64,000 nucleotides of DNA from Rhodothermales bacterium (lineage in GTDB: Bacteria; Bacteroidota; Rhodothermia; Rhodothermales; BA12): contig CAVUFJ010000017.1 of NCBI GenBank assembly GCA_963740755.1, positions 45,131-109,130 of the forward strand. Direction: 5' to 3'. Every line of letters starts with the position of its first letter. Positions within the stretch are counted from its first letter, which is position 1. Below are positions 1-11,338 of this stretch, piece by piece. A model generated the notes under the pieces. The model worked only from the letters and a program-made list of their open reading frames with translations. It searched no databases and had not been told where the DNA came from. The position numbers and the translations under genes were made by a program.

Positions 1-141
1 GCCTCCTGGTCGAAGCGGACAAAGGCGGCGGTGGGCGCGGCGGTGTAGCTGAGGCCGCGCACCTGGGCCTGCGCGCCGGGCGCGCCCGGCGGCAAAGATG
101 AGCAGCACAACCGTCAGTCGCCGTGGTAGGGCATTCAGCAT
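1..141 (-). CDS. 5' end of a secreted/outer-membrane protein, truncated by the window edge, probable frameshift in the signal peptide
   Basis: ATG at 141 gives MLNALPRRLTVVLLIFAA; an adjacent frame continues AQAQVRGLSYTAAPTAAFVRFDQE (AxA-Q signal peptidase site). Confidence 0.45.
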   Translation of the reverse strand, partial: MLNALPRRLTVVLLIFAAGRARRAGPGARPQLHRRAHRRLCPLRPGG

Positions 142-276
142 AATCAGGAAGAAAGAGGGGGCCTCCAGGCCCTTTCCAGGCGCCCGGACGTCACGGCGAT
201 CCAGCGCGGCACGAGCAGGCCCGGCGTCACTTCTGCGTCAGGCAACAGCCCGCCCGACGCGCCGCCTGCCGCGCGA

Positions 277-786
277 TCAGCGGCGGGTGAGCGTTATCGC
301 CAGCGTGCCATCCACCGAGTTGAGACCGCCATACTGCTGCGCGTCATACTCGGCGAGGTTCACGTTCAAGAGCGCGCCCTGATACGTAAGCGTGTGGGCG
401 GCCTCATCGTAGCGGAACGTGACTTCGGCGGGCAGCAGCAGGCGGCGCCGGTCGGTGCCGCTGAAGGCGACCACCACGCCGGTTGAGCCCGAGGTGGTGT
501 AGCGTCCCGACACGAGGTACTGCGCCGCCTCGGCGGCAAAGCGGAAAATGAGCACGTACGAGCGGCTGCTGCCCGCGAACGTCATCGACGTGTTCGGCAC
601 GTCGAGCCGGTTCCGCACGTTCACCGGCGGGATCGCGGTGGCGGTCGGGGTAAACGTGTAGGTGGTCACGGCGTAGGTGCCGTCCACGTTGGTTTCGGCC
701 AGATCTGTACTGTCGCACGCGCTCAGGGCGACAGCGGCAAACACGAGGGCCGCCAGCGGAAGCCGGGCAGAGCGCATCAGGAACAT
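277..786 (-). CDS. Hypothetical lipoprotein, beta-rich
   Basis: Lipobox ALSAC after a hydrophobic stretch; beta-strand pattern; GC-rich third positions. Confidence 0.75.
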   Translation of the reverse strand: MFLMRSARLPLAALVFAAVALSACDSTDLAETNVDGTYAVTTYTFTPTATAIPPVNVRNRLDVPNTSMTFAGSSRSYVLIFRFAAEAAQYLVSGRYTTSGSTGVVVAFSGTDRRRLLLPAEVTFRYDEAAHTLTYQGALLNVNLAEYDAQQYGGLNSVDGTLAITLTRR

Positions 787-834
787 GGGTTAAAGCTTAG
801 ATCGTTACGGGTTACGATCAAGCCCGTTCCCTCT

Positions 835-1323
835 GTGTTGCATTCGGCGGCCCCTCAGCTGGTGGCGCTCTACCTCGCGCCACGCGCCAAAGCGCCCATG
901 CAGTCCGTCGCCGAGGCGGTCGCTGAGGCGGGGCGCGGACTCGTGGGCGACCGCTACCACGCGCGCCGGGGGGCGATGTCGCGCTGGCCCGGGCCCCACC
1001 GCGAGGTATCGATCGTGGCCGAAGAAGCCCTGGCTGAGGCCGCGGCCCTGCTCGGCCGCCCCCTCACCGGGGCAGACACGCGCCGCAACCTGCTCGTGCG
1101 CGGCGTCAACCTGGAGGCGCTCCTCAAGCAGCGCTTCCGCATCGGCACGGTGCTCTTCGAGGGCGTTCAGCGCTGCCACCCATGCGCCTACCTCGAACGG
1201 GTGCAGGGCATCGAGGGCCTTTTCAAGGCCATGAAGGGCCACGGTGGCCTGCGCGCCCGCATCCTCGAAGGCGGCACCCTGCACGTAGGTGATGCCCTCG
1301 AACACTCCGTCCCTCCGCTTTAA
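835..1323 (+). CDS. MOSC domain protein
   Basis: GLVGDRY, REVSIV, RRNLLVRG, CHPCAYL and GHGGLRARILEGGTLHVGD motifs. Confidence 0.9.
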   Translation: MLHSAAPQLVALYLAPRAKAPMQSVAEAVAEAGRGLVGDRYHARRGAMSRWPGPHREVSIVAEEALAEAAALLGRPLTGADTRRNLLVRGVNLEALLKQRFRIGTVLFEGVQRCHPCAYLERVQGIEGLFKAMKGHGGLRARILEGGTLHVGDALEHSVPPL

Positions 1324-1386
1324 GCAGGGGGTGCTACGGCCACAAAGCCCGGCAGGGGAGCGGGGCCGTGGCGAACAGGGGAAAGC

Positions 1387-1420
1387 AAAAGGCCGCGCCC
1401 CCCTTGCGGAGAGCGCGGCC
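1387..1420 (-). terminator. Probable intrinsic terminator of the TonB receptor gene
   Basis: GGCCGCGC...GCGCGGCC hairpin next to an A-run (U-tract on the minus strand), between convergent genes. Confidence 0.55.
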
Positions 1421-1470
1421 CGAAACCAGACCTTTGAGGTTTTCAAAACCTCAAAGGTCTCCTACTGAGA

Positions 1471-4400
1471 TCAGAACGCCACGCGGATACCGAACTGGGC
1501 CTGCCAGCGGCTCGTGAAGTCCGTGTCGTTGCGGAACGTCGTAGGCGAGCACGTTACCGCCCTGGAGCGGCATCGTGAAGGTCGGCTGCCCGCGTCGTGC
1601 GGCTGTTGATGACGTGCGGTACTGCAGGAACTGCGTCACGCCGGAGTTGACCGTCTGGAAGACGCCCCAGTTTTTGTTGAGCAGGTTGCCCACGTTCTGG
1701 ATGTCTACCGAGAGTTCGACCTTCGTGCGGCGCGCGCCGGTCGGCACGAAGAACTGCTGCTTGAGGCCGAAGTCGACGCGGTTGGCCCACGGCGCGCCGG
1801 CGCGCGTTGCGTTCGCATACTCGCCGCGGTGCTTGCTCAGGTACGGGTCCTGCGCGATGAACGCCTCGATCTGATCGCGAATCTGCGCGGCCGTGCGCGG
1901 TGTCGCCGCGTGGCCGGGTTGATCTCGATCTCGCTCGCGGCGTGGCCCGGGATGTAGATGAGGTCGTTGCCGCTGATGCGGTCGCCGTTCATGTCACCCG
2001 AGTACGTGTACGAGTAGCGGAAGCCCGAGCCGCCCGAGTAGACGAGCGACAGGCTCGTGCCGGCCAGGCCGAGGTACTTCAGGCTGTACCCGGCGATGCC
2101 CAGCACGCGGTGGCGCTGCATGTAGCCCGAGTAGCCGATCACCGGGTCGTTCGGGTTCGTGTAGACCTGGTTGTTGTTGTAGGCCGTCGCCGCAATCGCG
2201 CTCGTGGACGAGGTGAGGTCCTTCGCTTCCGAGTTCGTGTAGGCGAGGCTCGTGAAGAGGCCGTCGAGCAGGCCGGCGTTGAAGCTCTTCTGGAGCTGCG
2301 CGGTGACGAAGTACTGGTAGCCCTGGCTCGTGTTGTCGAGCACGATGGCGCTCGTCACGCTCTGGTTGACGCGCGTCGTGGCATCGGTGCCGCCGAAGCG
2401 CGCGCGGTAGTCCGGGCCCGGGAAGCGGCCCACGGCGCGGCCAGGTTGGCGTTGCGGTGGAAGACGGCGTTGATGTCCTTCGAGTAGAGGCCCTCGAGCG
2501 TGCCGATCGAAGCCGAAGGGCAGCTTCGCGTCGACGGCGGCGTTGGTGCGCCACACCTGCGGGAACTTGAAGTCCTTCGCGGTCGACGTTGATGAGCACC
2601 GTCGGCGGGCAGCGTCGGGTTGGCCGGCACGTACTTGGTCACGTTGTCGGAGAACACGATCTTCTGGCACGGCACGGCCGCGCCGTTGACCGTCACGCCC
2701 GTGCCGGGCAGGCACAGGAAGGTCGTGTTGGTGGCCGTGGAGGCCGCCTGCACGAGCGTCTCGCCGAAGAGCACGCCGTTGTTGGAGGCCTGGTTGGACA
2801 CCCACACGAACGGGATCTTGCCCGTGAACACGCCCGTCCCGCCGCGCACCTGGAGGCTCTTGTCGCCGTTGACGTCCCAGTTGACGCCGAGGCGGGGCGA
2901 CCACAGGGGCTTCGAGTCGGGAAGCTTCGACACGTCGATCTTCTCCGGGTTGCCCTCGGCGTCGCGGAACGTGAGCGCCGCGACGGTCGGGTTCGCGCCG
3001 GCAGGTCGCTCGTGAACACCGGCACATCGACGCGGAGGCCGAGCGTGACGCGGAGGTTCTTCTGGAGCGCGTACTCGTCCTGCGCGTAGAGCCCGAGCTG
3101 CGCCGCCGAGATCTCGGCGAGCGGCACCGGCACCCCGGCGACCGCCGAGTACTGCTGGTTGAAGAGGCGACGGCTGCGGCACGCCGGCGGCCGTCGGGTC
3201 GGCGGCGTTGACGTGCGCGAAGAAGTCCGCGAACGAACGGAAGCGGAAGCGCCCGTAGTAGTTCGGCGTGAAGCCGTTGGCGAAGCTTGTAGAACTCGTT
3301 CGACGTGCCCACGCGTGACGCGTGTGGCGGCCCAGGAAGGCCGAGAAGTCGTTCGAGAACTGGAAGATGTCCGTGTCGAGCACGTTGTTCGGCGTGAACG
3401 GCTCGGCGCCGAAGCTCGTGATCGTCTGCCCACCGCCGCTCTCGATATCGACGAGCGGGAACGGCCGGTCGATGAACTGCGAGCGGGAATCGCGGAGCGC
3501 CGTGTAGCCGATGCGGGCGATGTTGGCGAAGCGGGTCCCGAACGTCGAGTTGAGCTGCCCGATGAACGAGTTGACGTCGTTGTTGATGCGGTAGTTCGAG
3601 CCCGAGAACGGCACGCGGGCGGCGCTGTTGGCGCGGCCGCCGTTGGCGCCGGAGCCGGAGGGCGGCACGTCGCGGTACGAGTTCGAGGTAGTTGTACCGG
3701 AGCGAGAAGCGGTGCTGCTGCGAGATCGTGTAGTCGAAACGCGACGTCACGTTGTCGGAGTGCGTATCGAGGTCGTAGGCGCCGAACGTGCCCGGGTCGA
3801 AGCTGTACTTCGAGATGAGCAGGTCGCGGAGCTGCTGCAGGTCCGACTCCTTCGCGTCCGACACGCCGGCGATGGTGCCGGCCGGGTCGCTCGCGAGGCG
3901 GGGGCGGAAGAGCTGGCCCGGATCCGCGCGCCGCCCGAGTTCGCCGGAGACGAACAGGAAGGCCTTGTTGCGGATGATGGGACCGCCGAGCGTGAGGCCG
4001 TAGCGGTTCTGCGTGAAGTTGTTGACCTTGAGCGTCGCCGGGTCGGCGTCGCCCACCTTGTCGCTCACGAAGCTCTCGTTGCGCACGTAGGTGTAGGCCG
4101 AGCCTTCGAGGCGGTTCGTGCCGCTCTTGGTCACGATGTTGATGCCGGCGCCGGTAAACTGGCCCTGGCGCACGTCATAGGGAGCGATGTTGATCTGGAT
4201 CTGCTCAACCGCGTCGAGCGCGATCGGCTGCGCGTTGGCCTGCCCACCGACTTCGCCCGAGAGGCCGAAGACGTTGTTGAAGACCGAGCCGTCGATCGTG
4301 ATGTTGTTGTAGAGGTTGTTGCGCCCGGCGATCGTGTTGTTGAAGCTCGTCGTGGCCGCCTGCGGGGTGAGCCGCGTAAAGTCGGCCACGGAGCGGTTGA

Positions 4401-4860
4401 GCGTCGGCAGCGTCTGGATCTGCTCAGACGAGATGTTCGTCGCCGCGCCGGTGCGCTCGGAGGAGATGACGGCGTTGCGGTCCGTCTCGACCACCACCTC
4501 ATCGCCCGCCACGTCTTCCTCGCGGAGCGTCACGTTGAGCGCGAGGTCCTGCCCGAGCGCAAGCTGCATGTTGTTGCGGATGAACGACCGGTAGCCGGTG
4601 AACGTGACGGTCACGCTGTACGGCCCACCCACGCGGAGCCCCTGGAGGTTGAAGCGGCCGTCGGAGCGTGTCACGTTGCCGTAGCGCGAGCCCGATGGCA
4701 TGTGGATCGCGATGACGGTGGCGCCAGCGAGGCCTTCGCCGTTGGTACCGTCGATGATCTGCCCGCTGACCGAGGCCGACGTGACGTCCTGCGCGTACGC
4801 AGAGGGCAGCCAGCATAGGGCGGCCAGCAGGAGGACGGCCCCCGCAAAGATGCGTTGCAT
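1471..4860 (-). CDS. Oar-like TonB-dependent receptor with N-terminal carboxypeptidase-regulatory-like domain; multiple frameshifts
   Basis: Signal peptide MQRIFAGAVLL..AYAQ; plug motifs NNITIDGSVFNNVFGL and APYDVRQGQFTGAGINIVTKSGTN; barrel segments spread over several frames (WSPRLGVNWDV, GGTGVFTG, FKFPQVWRTN); C-terminus SRWQAQFGIRVAF then stop at 1471. Confidence 0.88.
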
Positions 4861-5180
4861 GGAGTGTGAGAGGATGGGGTGGGGGAGGGGCATCGAGGGA
4901 GTCCCGAAAGGCCCGAATTGCAACGGCGAAGTTATGCTTCGCGTGGGGCCGCGCAAGCGTGTGTAACCAAAGACAACGCAGCGGTAAGCCCGGCTTGGCC
5001 GAGGCTTCAAAACAGGCGCTGGGCCGCGCGCCCCCTGCGCCCCTATGTGAACCACCGGGTCCCCTCCAGAGCGGCGCACACGCCCTTCACGCGCGCCCGT
5101 TGGCGCATCCGGTCCGGTGGCGGTACTTTGCCCCCCGCGCCCGTGTGCTGCGCCTCCCCACGCCCTACTCTCCGCCGCCG

Positions 5181-5549
5181 ATGCTCTCCCAGTTCGTCCC
5201 GCTCTTTCTGCAGATCCTGCTCGCGGTGGGCCTCTCGATGACGCTCCTCAAGGGCGCCGAGTTGCTCGGCCCCCGGCGCCCCAACGCCATCAAGCGCAAG
5301 GCCTACGAGAGCGGCATGGACCCCGTCGGCACCGCGCGCGACCGCTACTCGGTCAAGTTCTACCTCGTCGCGATGATCTTCATCGTGTTCGACGTCGAGG
5401 TGGTGTTCATGTACCCGTGGGCGGTGACGTTCCGGCAGTTTCTCGCCTCCGGCATCGGCCTGCCCGTGCTCGGCGTGATGAGCATCTTCATCGCCATCCT
5501 CACGCTCGGCCTCGTCTACGACATCAAGAAGGGCGGGCTGGACTTTTGA
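5181..5549 (+). CDS. nuoA: NADH-quinone oxidoreductase subunit A
   Basis: YESGMDP and KFYLVAMIFIVFDVEVVFMYPWA motifs; three TM segments. Confidence 0.95.
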   Translation: MLSQFVPLFLQILLAVGLSMTLLKGAELLGPRRPNAIKRKAYESGMDPVGTARDRYSVKFYLVAMIFIVFDVEVVFMYPWAVTFRQFLASGIGLPVLGVMSIFIAILTLGLVYDIKKGGLDF

Positions 5550-5630
5550 CATGTGACCTGCGACGTACGGCGTGCGACGTAAGAACCACGTCTTGTACGT
5601 CGAAAGTCGTACGTCCTCCGTCGCACGTCG
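5547..5630. repeat. Heptamer-tandem palindrome (CGACGTR units, then YACGTCG units)
   Basis: Five 7-mers starting at the nuoA TGA, a 14-nt spacer, then five reverse-complement 7-mers. Confidence 0.85.
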
Positions 5631-5684
5631 CCCGAACCTCCCCCCGCCTCGCCCGTTTGCCGGACCGGCATTCTCCTGACCCCG

Positions 5685-6270
5685 ATGGCCCTCGACAACG
5701 TCTTTAAGGAAGGCTACCTCACCACGCGCGTCGATACCGTGGTTAACTGGGCGCGCTCCAACTCGCTCATGCCCATGCCGATGGGGCTCTCGTGCTGCGC
5801 CATCGAGATGATGGCCTTCGCCGGGCCCAAGTACGACGTGGCACGCTTCGGCTAGCGAGGCCATGCGCTTCTCGCCCCGCCAGGCCGACCTCATGATCGT
5901 TGCCGGATGGGTGTCACACAAGATGGCCCACACGATCCGCCGCATCTGGGACCAGATGGCCGACCCGAAGTGGTGCATCGCCATGGGCGCCTGCGCTTCC
6001 ACCGGCGGCATGCACCGCTGCTACGGCGTCGTGCAGGGCGTGGACAACTTCCTCCCGGTGGACGTCTACATCTCCGGCTGCCCGCCGCGCCCGGAGGCCG
6101 TGCTGCACGCGCTCATGGACATCCAGGAGAAGATCCGCAACACGTACAGCCTCACCGAGGACTACGCCTCCGGCCAGCTCGTCACGCCGCCCGAGGTGGG
6201 CCGCCCGCGCGTGCTGCGCCCCGAAGGCGACCTCGTGGCCAGCCCGAACGTGGTCTACGAGATGCAGTAA
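5685..6270 (+). CDS. nuoB: NADH-quinone oxidoreductase subunit B; +1 frameshift near 5853
   Basis: [11 protein letters not shown]...YDVARFG, then after an extra T: [35 protein letters not shown]. Confidence 0.95.
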
Positions 6271-6293
6271 CGGTCCGCTCGCTTCGCTCGCCT

Positions 6294-6379
6294 GTGGTTG
6301 GTTGTTCGTTGTTCGTGGTCAGAGGCCCTGGGGCTTCCTGGTTTTCCTGACCACGAACAACGAACGACGAACAACGAAC
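6294..6379. repeat. Heptamer-tandem palindrome (GTTGTTC / GAACAAC dialect)
   Basis: gtggttg gttgttc gttgttc gtggtcag ... ctgaccac gaacaac gaacgac gaacaac gaac. Confidence 0.85.
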
Positions 6380-6388
6380 CTCGCTTCC

Positions 6389-7057
6389 ATGCCCGACGCG
6401 CCCCAGACGCACGAGACGCTCAAGTTCTTCTTCACGCCCACCGCGCCGCCCCGGCCCGACGGGGCGGTGAACCCGCACGCCAAGGCTGCCAGCCATGTGC
6501 CCGAGGTGGCCGCGGCGCTCCAGAATGCCTTCGGTGACGCGGTGGAAGAAGTGACCACCTATGCGGGCGAGACCACCGTGCGCGTCACCCGGGCGGCGCT
6601 GCTCGACGTGTGCCGGGCGCTCTACACCGACCACGGCTTCACCTACCTGAGCGACCTCTCGGCGCTCGACCGCTTTACCGAGGAGGAACGCTTCGAGGTA
6701 TTCTACAACCTCATCGCCCTCGACAAGGGTCAGCGGATCCGCCTCAAGGTGCGCGTGAACGAGGAGGACGCCACGCTCCCGAGCGTGACCGAGATCTGGC
6801 GGGCGGCAGGCTGGAACGAGCGCGAGGCGTGGGACATGTTCGGCCTCCGCTTCGAGGGCAACGAGGACCTGCGCCGCATGTACCTGCCCGAGGACTTCGA
6901 GTACCACCCGCTCCGCAAGGAATTCCCCCTCCTCGGCATCCCCGGCTCGCTCCCGCTTCCCGCCAACCGCCCCGACGGCGACCTCATCGAGGACCCGTAC
7001 CCGTCGGCCCACGGCAACGTGCCGGTTCAGAGCTTCGAAGAAACCAAAGCCGAATGA
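6389..7057 (+). CDS. nuoC: NADH-quinone oxidoreductase subunit C
   Basis: WNEREAWDMFGLRFEGNEDLRRMYLPEDFEYHPLRKEFPL. Confidence 0.95.
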   Translation: MPDAPQTHETLKFFFTPTAPPRPDGAVNPHAKAASHVPEVAAALQNAFGDAVEEVTTYAGETTVRVTRAALLDVCRALYTDHGFTYLSDLSALDRFTEEERFEVFYNLIALDKGQRIRLKVRVNEEDATLPSVTEIWRAAGWNEREAWDMFGLRFEGNEDLRRMYLPEDFEYHPLRKEFPLLGIPGSLPLPANRPDGDLIEDPYPSAHGNVPVQSFEETKAE

Positions 7058-7139
7058 CGTACGATATGCGACGTACGACGTGCGCGATAAGCACCACGTC
7101 CCGATACGTCGCACGTCGCACATCGTACATCGCACATTG
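7055..7139. repeat. Heptamer-tandem palindrome (CGACGTR dialect)
   Basis: tgacgta cgatatg cgacgta cgacgtg ... tacgtcg cacgtcg cacatcg tacatcg cacattg; starts at the nuoC stop. Confidence 0.85.
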
Positions 7140-7141
7140 AC

Positions 7142-8497
7142 ATGAGCATTGCCGCCACCGTCTCGGGCGTCTCCACCGGCGACGACCTGTTCACGTTCTG
7201 GCCGCGCCACCAGCGCGCGATCTACAGCCGCCTCGAGAGCAAGAACGCCTGGCTCGAAGCCCGCCATGCCGAAGCCCGCGCTGCCGGCGACGGCGCTCCG
7301 GCCTCGCAAGACGAGGAGCACGACGCGCTCGAGCACGCGATGACGCTCAACATCGGGCCGCAGCACCCCGCCACCCACGGCGTGCTGCGCTGCGTCGTCA
7401 AGCTCGACGGCGAGCTCATCGAGAAGTGCGTGCTCGACATCGGCTACCTCCACCGGGGCATCGAGAAGCTGGCCGAGCACAAGACGTACCAGGAGTTCAT
7501 GCCCTATACGGACCGCATGGACTACATCGCGCCGTACAGCAACAACGTGGCGTGGTGCCTGGCCGTCGAGAAGCTGGCGGCCATCGAGGTGCCCGAGCGT
7601 GCGCAGTGGATCCGCATGATCGGCTGCGAACTCGCGCGCATCTCCTCGCACCTGCTCTGGATGGGCGTGGGGCTCATGGACGCCGGCGCGGTCAGCGTCT
7701 TCCTGTGGGCCTTCCAGGCGCGCGAGGACCTCTACAAGATCTTCGACGAGATCGCCGGGGCACGCTTCACCGTCTCGCACAGCCGCATCGGCGGCGTGGC
7801 GAACGACCTCACGCCCGCCGCGATTGCCCTCATCCGGGACTTCGTGGACCGCTACCCGAAGATCATCGGCGACTGGTTCAACCTCATGCGCCGCAACCGC
7901 ATCTGGATGGACCGCAACGTCGGCATCGGCACGCTCACGAAGGAGGAGGCCATCCTGCTCGGCATGCGCGGGCCGAATCTGCGCGCCTCCGGCATCGCGC
8001 ACGATATGCGGCGCTTCGAGCCCTACCTCAAGTACGCCGACGTGGACTTCACCATCCCGATGCGCGAGGAGGGCGACTCGTGGGCCCGCTACTACATCCG
8101 CATGGAGGAGATGCAGGAGAGCCTCAAGATCCTCCGGCAGTGCCTGGAGCGGATGCCCGAGGGCCGCATCCGCAACGAGGACGCCAAGAAGGCCTACCCC
8201 TCCAAAGACGAGGTCTATTACTCAATGGAGGGCATGATCCACGACTTCATGTACACGAGCGAGGGGACCGTGCCGCCCAAGGGCGCGCAGGCCTACCACG
8301 CCATCGAAAGCCCCAAGGGCGAACTCGGCTTCTTCCTCGCGAGCGACGGCACCGGGCAGCCGTGGCGCGCGCGCATCAACGCGCCGAGCTTCGCCAACCT
8401 GCAGGGCCTCGAATACATGCTCGAAGGCGCCTACATGGGCGACATGGTCATCCTCATCGGCACCGTAGACCCCGTGATGGGGGAATCGGACAAGTAG
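7142..8497 (+). CDS. nuoD: NADH-quinone oxidoreductase subunit D
   Basis: NIGPQHPATHGVLR, GYLHRGIEK, DRMDY, ESPKGELG, DPVMGESDK. Confidence 0.97.
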   Translation: MSIAATVSGVSTGDDLFTFWPRHQRAIYSRLESKNAWLEARHAEARAAGDGAPASQDEEHDALEHAMTLNIGPQHPATHGVLRCVVKLDGELIEKCVLDIGYLHRGIEKLAEHKTYQEFMPYTDRMDYIAPYSNNVAWCLAVEKLAAIEVPERAQWIRMIGCELARISSHLLWMGVGLMDAGAVSVFLWAFQAREDLYKIFDEIAGARFTVSHSRIGGVANDLTPAAIALIRDFVDRYPKIIGDWFNLMRRNRIWMDRNVGIGTLTKEEAILLGMRGPNLRASGIAHDMRRFEPYLKYADVDFTIPMREEGDSWARYYIRMEEMQESLKILRQCLERMPEGRIRNEDAKKAYPSKDEVYYSMEGMIHDFMYTSEGTVPPKGAQAYHAIESPKGELGFFLASDGTGQPWRARINAPSFANLQGLEYMLEGAYMGDMVILIGTVDPVMGESDK

Positions 8498-8502
8498 ACT
8501 GG

Positions 8503-8585
8503 CGAGGTGCGACGGATGACGTGCGACTTCAGAAGCACCTCCTACGCCGCCCATCGCACGTCGCATATCGCACATCGCATGTCGA
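8503..8585. repeat. Heptamer-tandem palindrome (CGACGTG dialect) overlapping the nuoE ATG
   Basis: cgaggtg cgacgga tgacgtg cgacttc ... cccatcg cacgtcg catatcg cacatcg catgtcg. Confidence 0.8.
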
Positions 8586-9247
8586 ATATTTTTCAGGAGA
8601 TCTCGCCCCTGCCCGAGCGGCACCCGGCCCCGGCCATCGAGGCGGCGCAGCTTGTGTGGACGGCCGAGGAGCAGGCGCTCGTGGACCGCTTCAAGCTGCA
8701 GTACCCGACCGCCGAGGCCGCCGTCATGAAGACGCTCTGGCTGGCGCAGGAGAAATTCGGCTGGCTCGCCCCCGAGGTCATCGAGTTTGTCGCTAGCACG
8801 CTCGGCATCCCGTACGCGCAGGCCTACGGCGTGGCGACGTTCTACACGCAGTACTTCAAAGAGCAGAAGGGGCGCTACGTACTCGACGTGTGCACGTGCT
8901 TCTCGTGCCAGGTGTGCGGCGGCTACGACATGCTCCACTACCTGGAGGAGAAGCTCGGCGTCCACGCCGGCGAGACGACGGAGGATGGCCTGTTCACGAT
9001 CCAGGAGGCCGAGTGTCTCGGCGCGTGCGGCTCGGCGCCGATGCTCCAGGTGACGAACGCCGAGTACGTCCACAACCTCACGCGCGAGAAGGTGGACCGC
9101 CTCGTAGACACGCTCCGCGCGGGCGAGTCGTGGCCCTTCGAGACCGTCACGCTCCCCCAGGACGACGCGGCGGACTTCCAGCGCCGCGACGACGCCGGCG
9201 CGACGGAGCGCTACGTGGCGCCCCCCGTTGCCGAGACGTTCGAATAA
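8579..9247 (+). CDS. nuoE: NADH-quinone oxidoreductase subunit E
   Basis: [31 protein letters not shown] (N1a 2Fe-2S ligands). Confidence 0.95.
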   Translation: MSNIFQEISPLPERHPAPAIEAAQLVWTAEEQALVDRFKLQYPTAEAAVMKTLWLAQEKFGWLAPEVIEFVASTLGIPYAQAYGVATFYTQYFKEQKGRYVLDVCTCFSCQVCGGYDMLHYLEEKLGVHAGETTEDGLFTIQEAECLGACGSAPMLQVTNAEYVHNLTREKVDRLVDTLRAGESWPFETVTLPQDDAADFQRRDDAGATERYVAPPVAETFE

Positions 9248-9258
9248 CCCCTGCCGCT

Positions 9259-9979
9259 GTGCCGCTCGACCTCTCGCTCGTTGCTGAGCGCCGCGCCGCT
9301 GAGGCGCCGGGCGGCGGCATCAGCGCGCCTGCACGCGAGCCCGCCCTGCCGGCCCGCACGATAGGCCGGGCGCAGGCCACCACGCGGCGCCCGCCCAGGG
9401 GGCCCGTGCTCACGACGCGTGAGGAGCGCGTGCGGCGCCTGCTCGTGCGCGAGCTCGACACGCTCAACCGCAAGCTCCAGGTGCCCGCCAAGTCGTGGGC
9501 CGAGAAGAAGGAACGCGAAGGCCTCGCCCTGCTCGACGTGTCGTACATCGACCGGGAGATCGCGAAGATGCGGAAGCAGCTCGCGCAGCAGTGGCCCATG
9601 CGCCGTGATCCTGGCGGCATGCCGCTCGTGCTGGTGGGCCCTGGCGTCTTCGGCCTGGCGATCGCGCGACCCGGACAACATGCCGTGGCTCAACGCGCTC
9701 ATCTTCGTGTCCACGATGCGGCGATGTCGGGCTGGGGCTTCTGTGCGGCAGCGCGACGCGCTCCGCCGCAAGCTCTACATCTACGAGGCCCTGCGCGCCC
9801 TCTCCGACGCCGACGAACTCGACGTCGTGCTCTCGCGCGCCGCCGAGCAGGCCGACGCCCTCATCGCCCGCATCGTGGACGCCGAACTCGCCGCCGCCGA
9901 GCGCCGCCCGGCGCTCTCGCTCCCCCTTTCCGATTCACCCGACGACCGCCCTGCGCGCCCCCGCGCGTGGGTGCGCTGA
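9259..9979 (+). CDS. Hypothetical membrane protein between nuoE and nuoF; frameshifted near 9600-9760
   Basis: Helical N-part ([13 protein letters not shown]...[12 protein letters not shown]), hydrophobic middle split across frames, C-part [19 protein letters not shown]; GC-rich codon bias. Confidence 0.6.
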
Positions 9980-9984
9980 TCTCT

Positions 9985-11335
9985 ATGGAAGCTCCCAAGC
10001 AAGCCCAGACCAAAGCCGGCGACTGGCGCCAGTACGAGCCGGTGATCCTGCCGCGCGTGCAGAACCTGCACCAGCTCGAAGTGGCCGAGCAGCAGGGCGC
10101 CTACAGCGCCATCAAAAAGGTGCTCACCTCCGGCGCGTGGGACGTCAAGAAGGTCGTCGAAGAAGTCAAGGCCTCGGGCCTGCGCGGGCGCGGCGGCGCC
10201 GGCTTCTCGACGGGCCTCAAGTGGAGCTTCATGCCGCCCGTCAAGGAGGGGCAGCCGCGCTACCTCGCCTGCAACGGCGACGAGTCCGAGCCGGGCACGT
10301 TCAAGGACCGGCAGATCTTCGAGCATAACCCGCACCTGCTCTTCGAGGGGATGCTCATCGGCGCCTACGGCATCGGCGCCAACATGGCCTACCTCTACGT
10401 GCGCGGCGAGTACAGCACGTGGATCGCCCACATGGAGCAGGAGCTCAAGAAGGCCTACGAGAAGGGCTACGTGGGCGAGAACCTCTTCGGGTCCGGCTGG
10501 AGCTGCGACATCGTGATCCACAAGGGCGCCGGGGCCTACATCTGCGGCGAGGAGACGAGTCTGCTCGAATCCCTAGAGGGCAAGCGGGCCTACCCGCGCA
10601 TCAAGCCGCCCTTCCCCGCCCAGAAGGGCCTCTGGGGCAACCCGACGACCATCAACAACGTCGAGAGCCTCGCCTGCACGCCGCTGATCCTGAACAAGGG
10701 CGCGCAGTGGTTTGCGGGTATTGGCGCGCCCGAAGCACCCCGGCCCGCTGCTCTACGGCATCTCCGGCCACGTCAACCGCCCCGGCGTGTACGAGTACCC
10801 GACCGGGATGCTCATCTCGGACCTCATCTACGAGGTCGGCGGCGGGATGCGCGGCGGCAAGAAGCTCAAGGCCGTCGTGCCCGGCGGCTCGTCGGTGCCG
10901 GTGATGACGGCGGCGATGATCGAAGGGGCGACGATGGACGCCGAGACGCTCCGCGACGCCGGCTCGATGCTCGGCACGGCGGGGATGCTCGTGCTCGACG
11001 AGGACACCGACATGGTGACGTTCCTGCGGCGCATCACGCACTTCTACCACCACGAGTCGTGCGGGCAGTGCACGCCCTGCCGCGAGGGCACCGGCTGGCT
11101 CGAAAACATCGTCACCCGCATCGATCTGGGTGAGGGCAACCTGCGCGACCTCGACCTGCTCATCTCGCTCTGCGACGGCATGGAGGGCCGCACCGTGTGC
11201 GCGCTCGCCGACGCCGCCGCGTGGCCCGTGCGCTGGACGGTGACGCGCTTCCGCGAGGAGTTCGAGCGCAAGTGCCGCCCGAGCGTCTTCACGACCGGGG
11301 GCGACGGCGCCTCCGTGTCCGCCACCACCGCCTGA
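9985..11335 (+). CDS. nuoF: NADH-quinone oxidoreductase subunit F; frameshift near 10730
   Basis: [64 protein letters not shown]. Confidence 0.96.
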
Positions 11336-11338
11336 GCG

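Noticed and set aside
5853-5855. In-frame TAG in nuoB as possible pyrrolysine or readthrough
   Set aside because: The downstream sequence is in another frame; removing one T restores GGC AGC GAG (GSE). This is an indel, not recoding.
5547-8585. Intergenic repeats as a CRISPR array
   Set aside because: Units are degenerate 7-mers in inverted arms, not identical 23-47 bp repeats with unique spacers; no cas genes.
8890-11133. 747-aa NuoF with a novel N-terminal fusion
   Set aside because: Chimeric ORF: it runs through a nuoE alternate frame and the frameshifted intervening gene. NuoF starts at ATG 9985.
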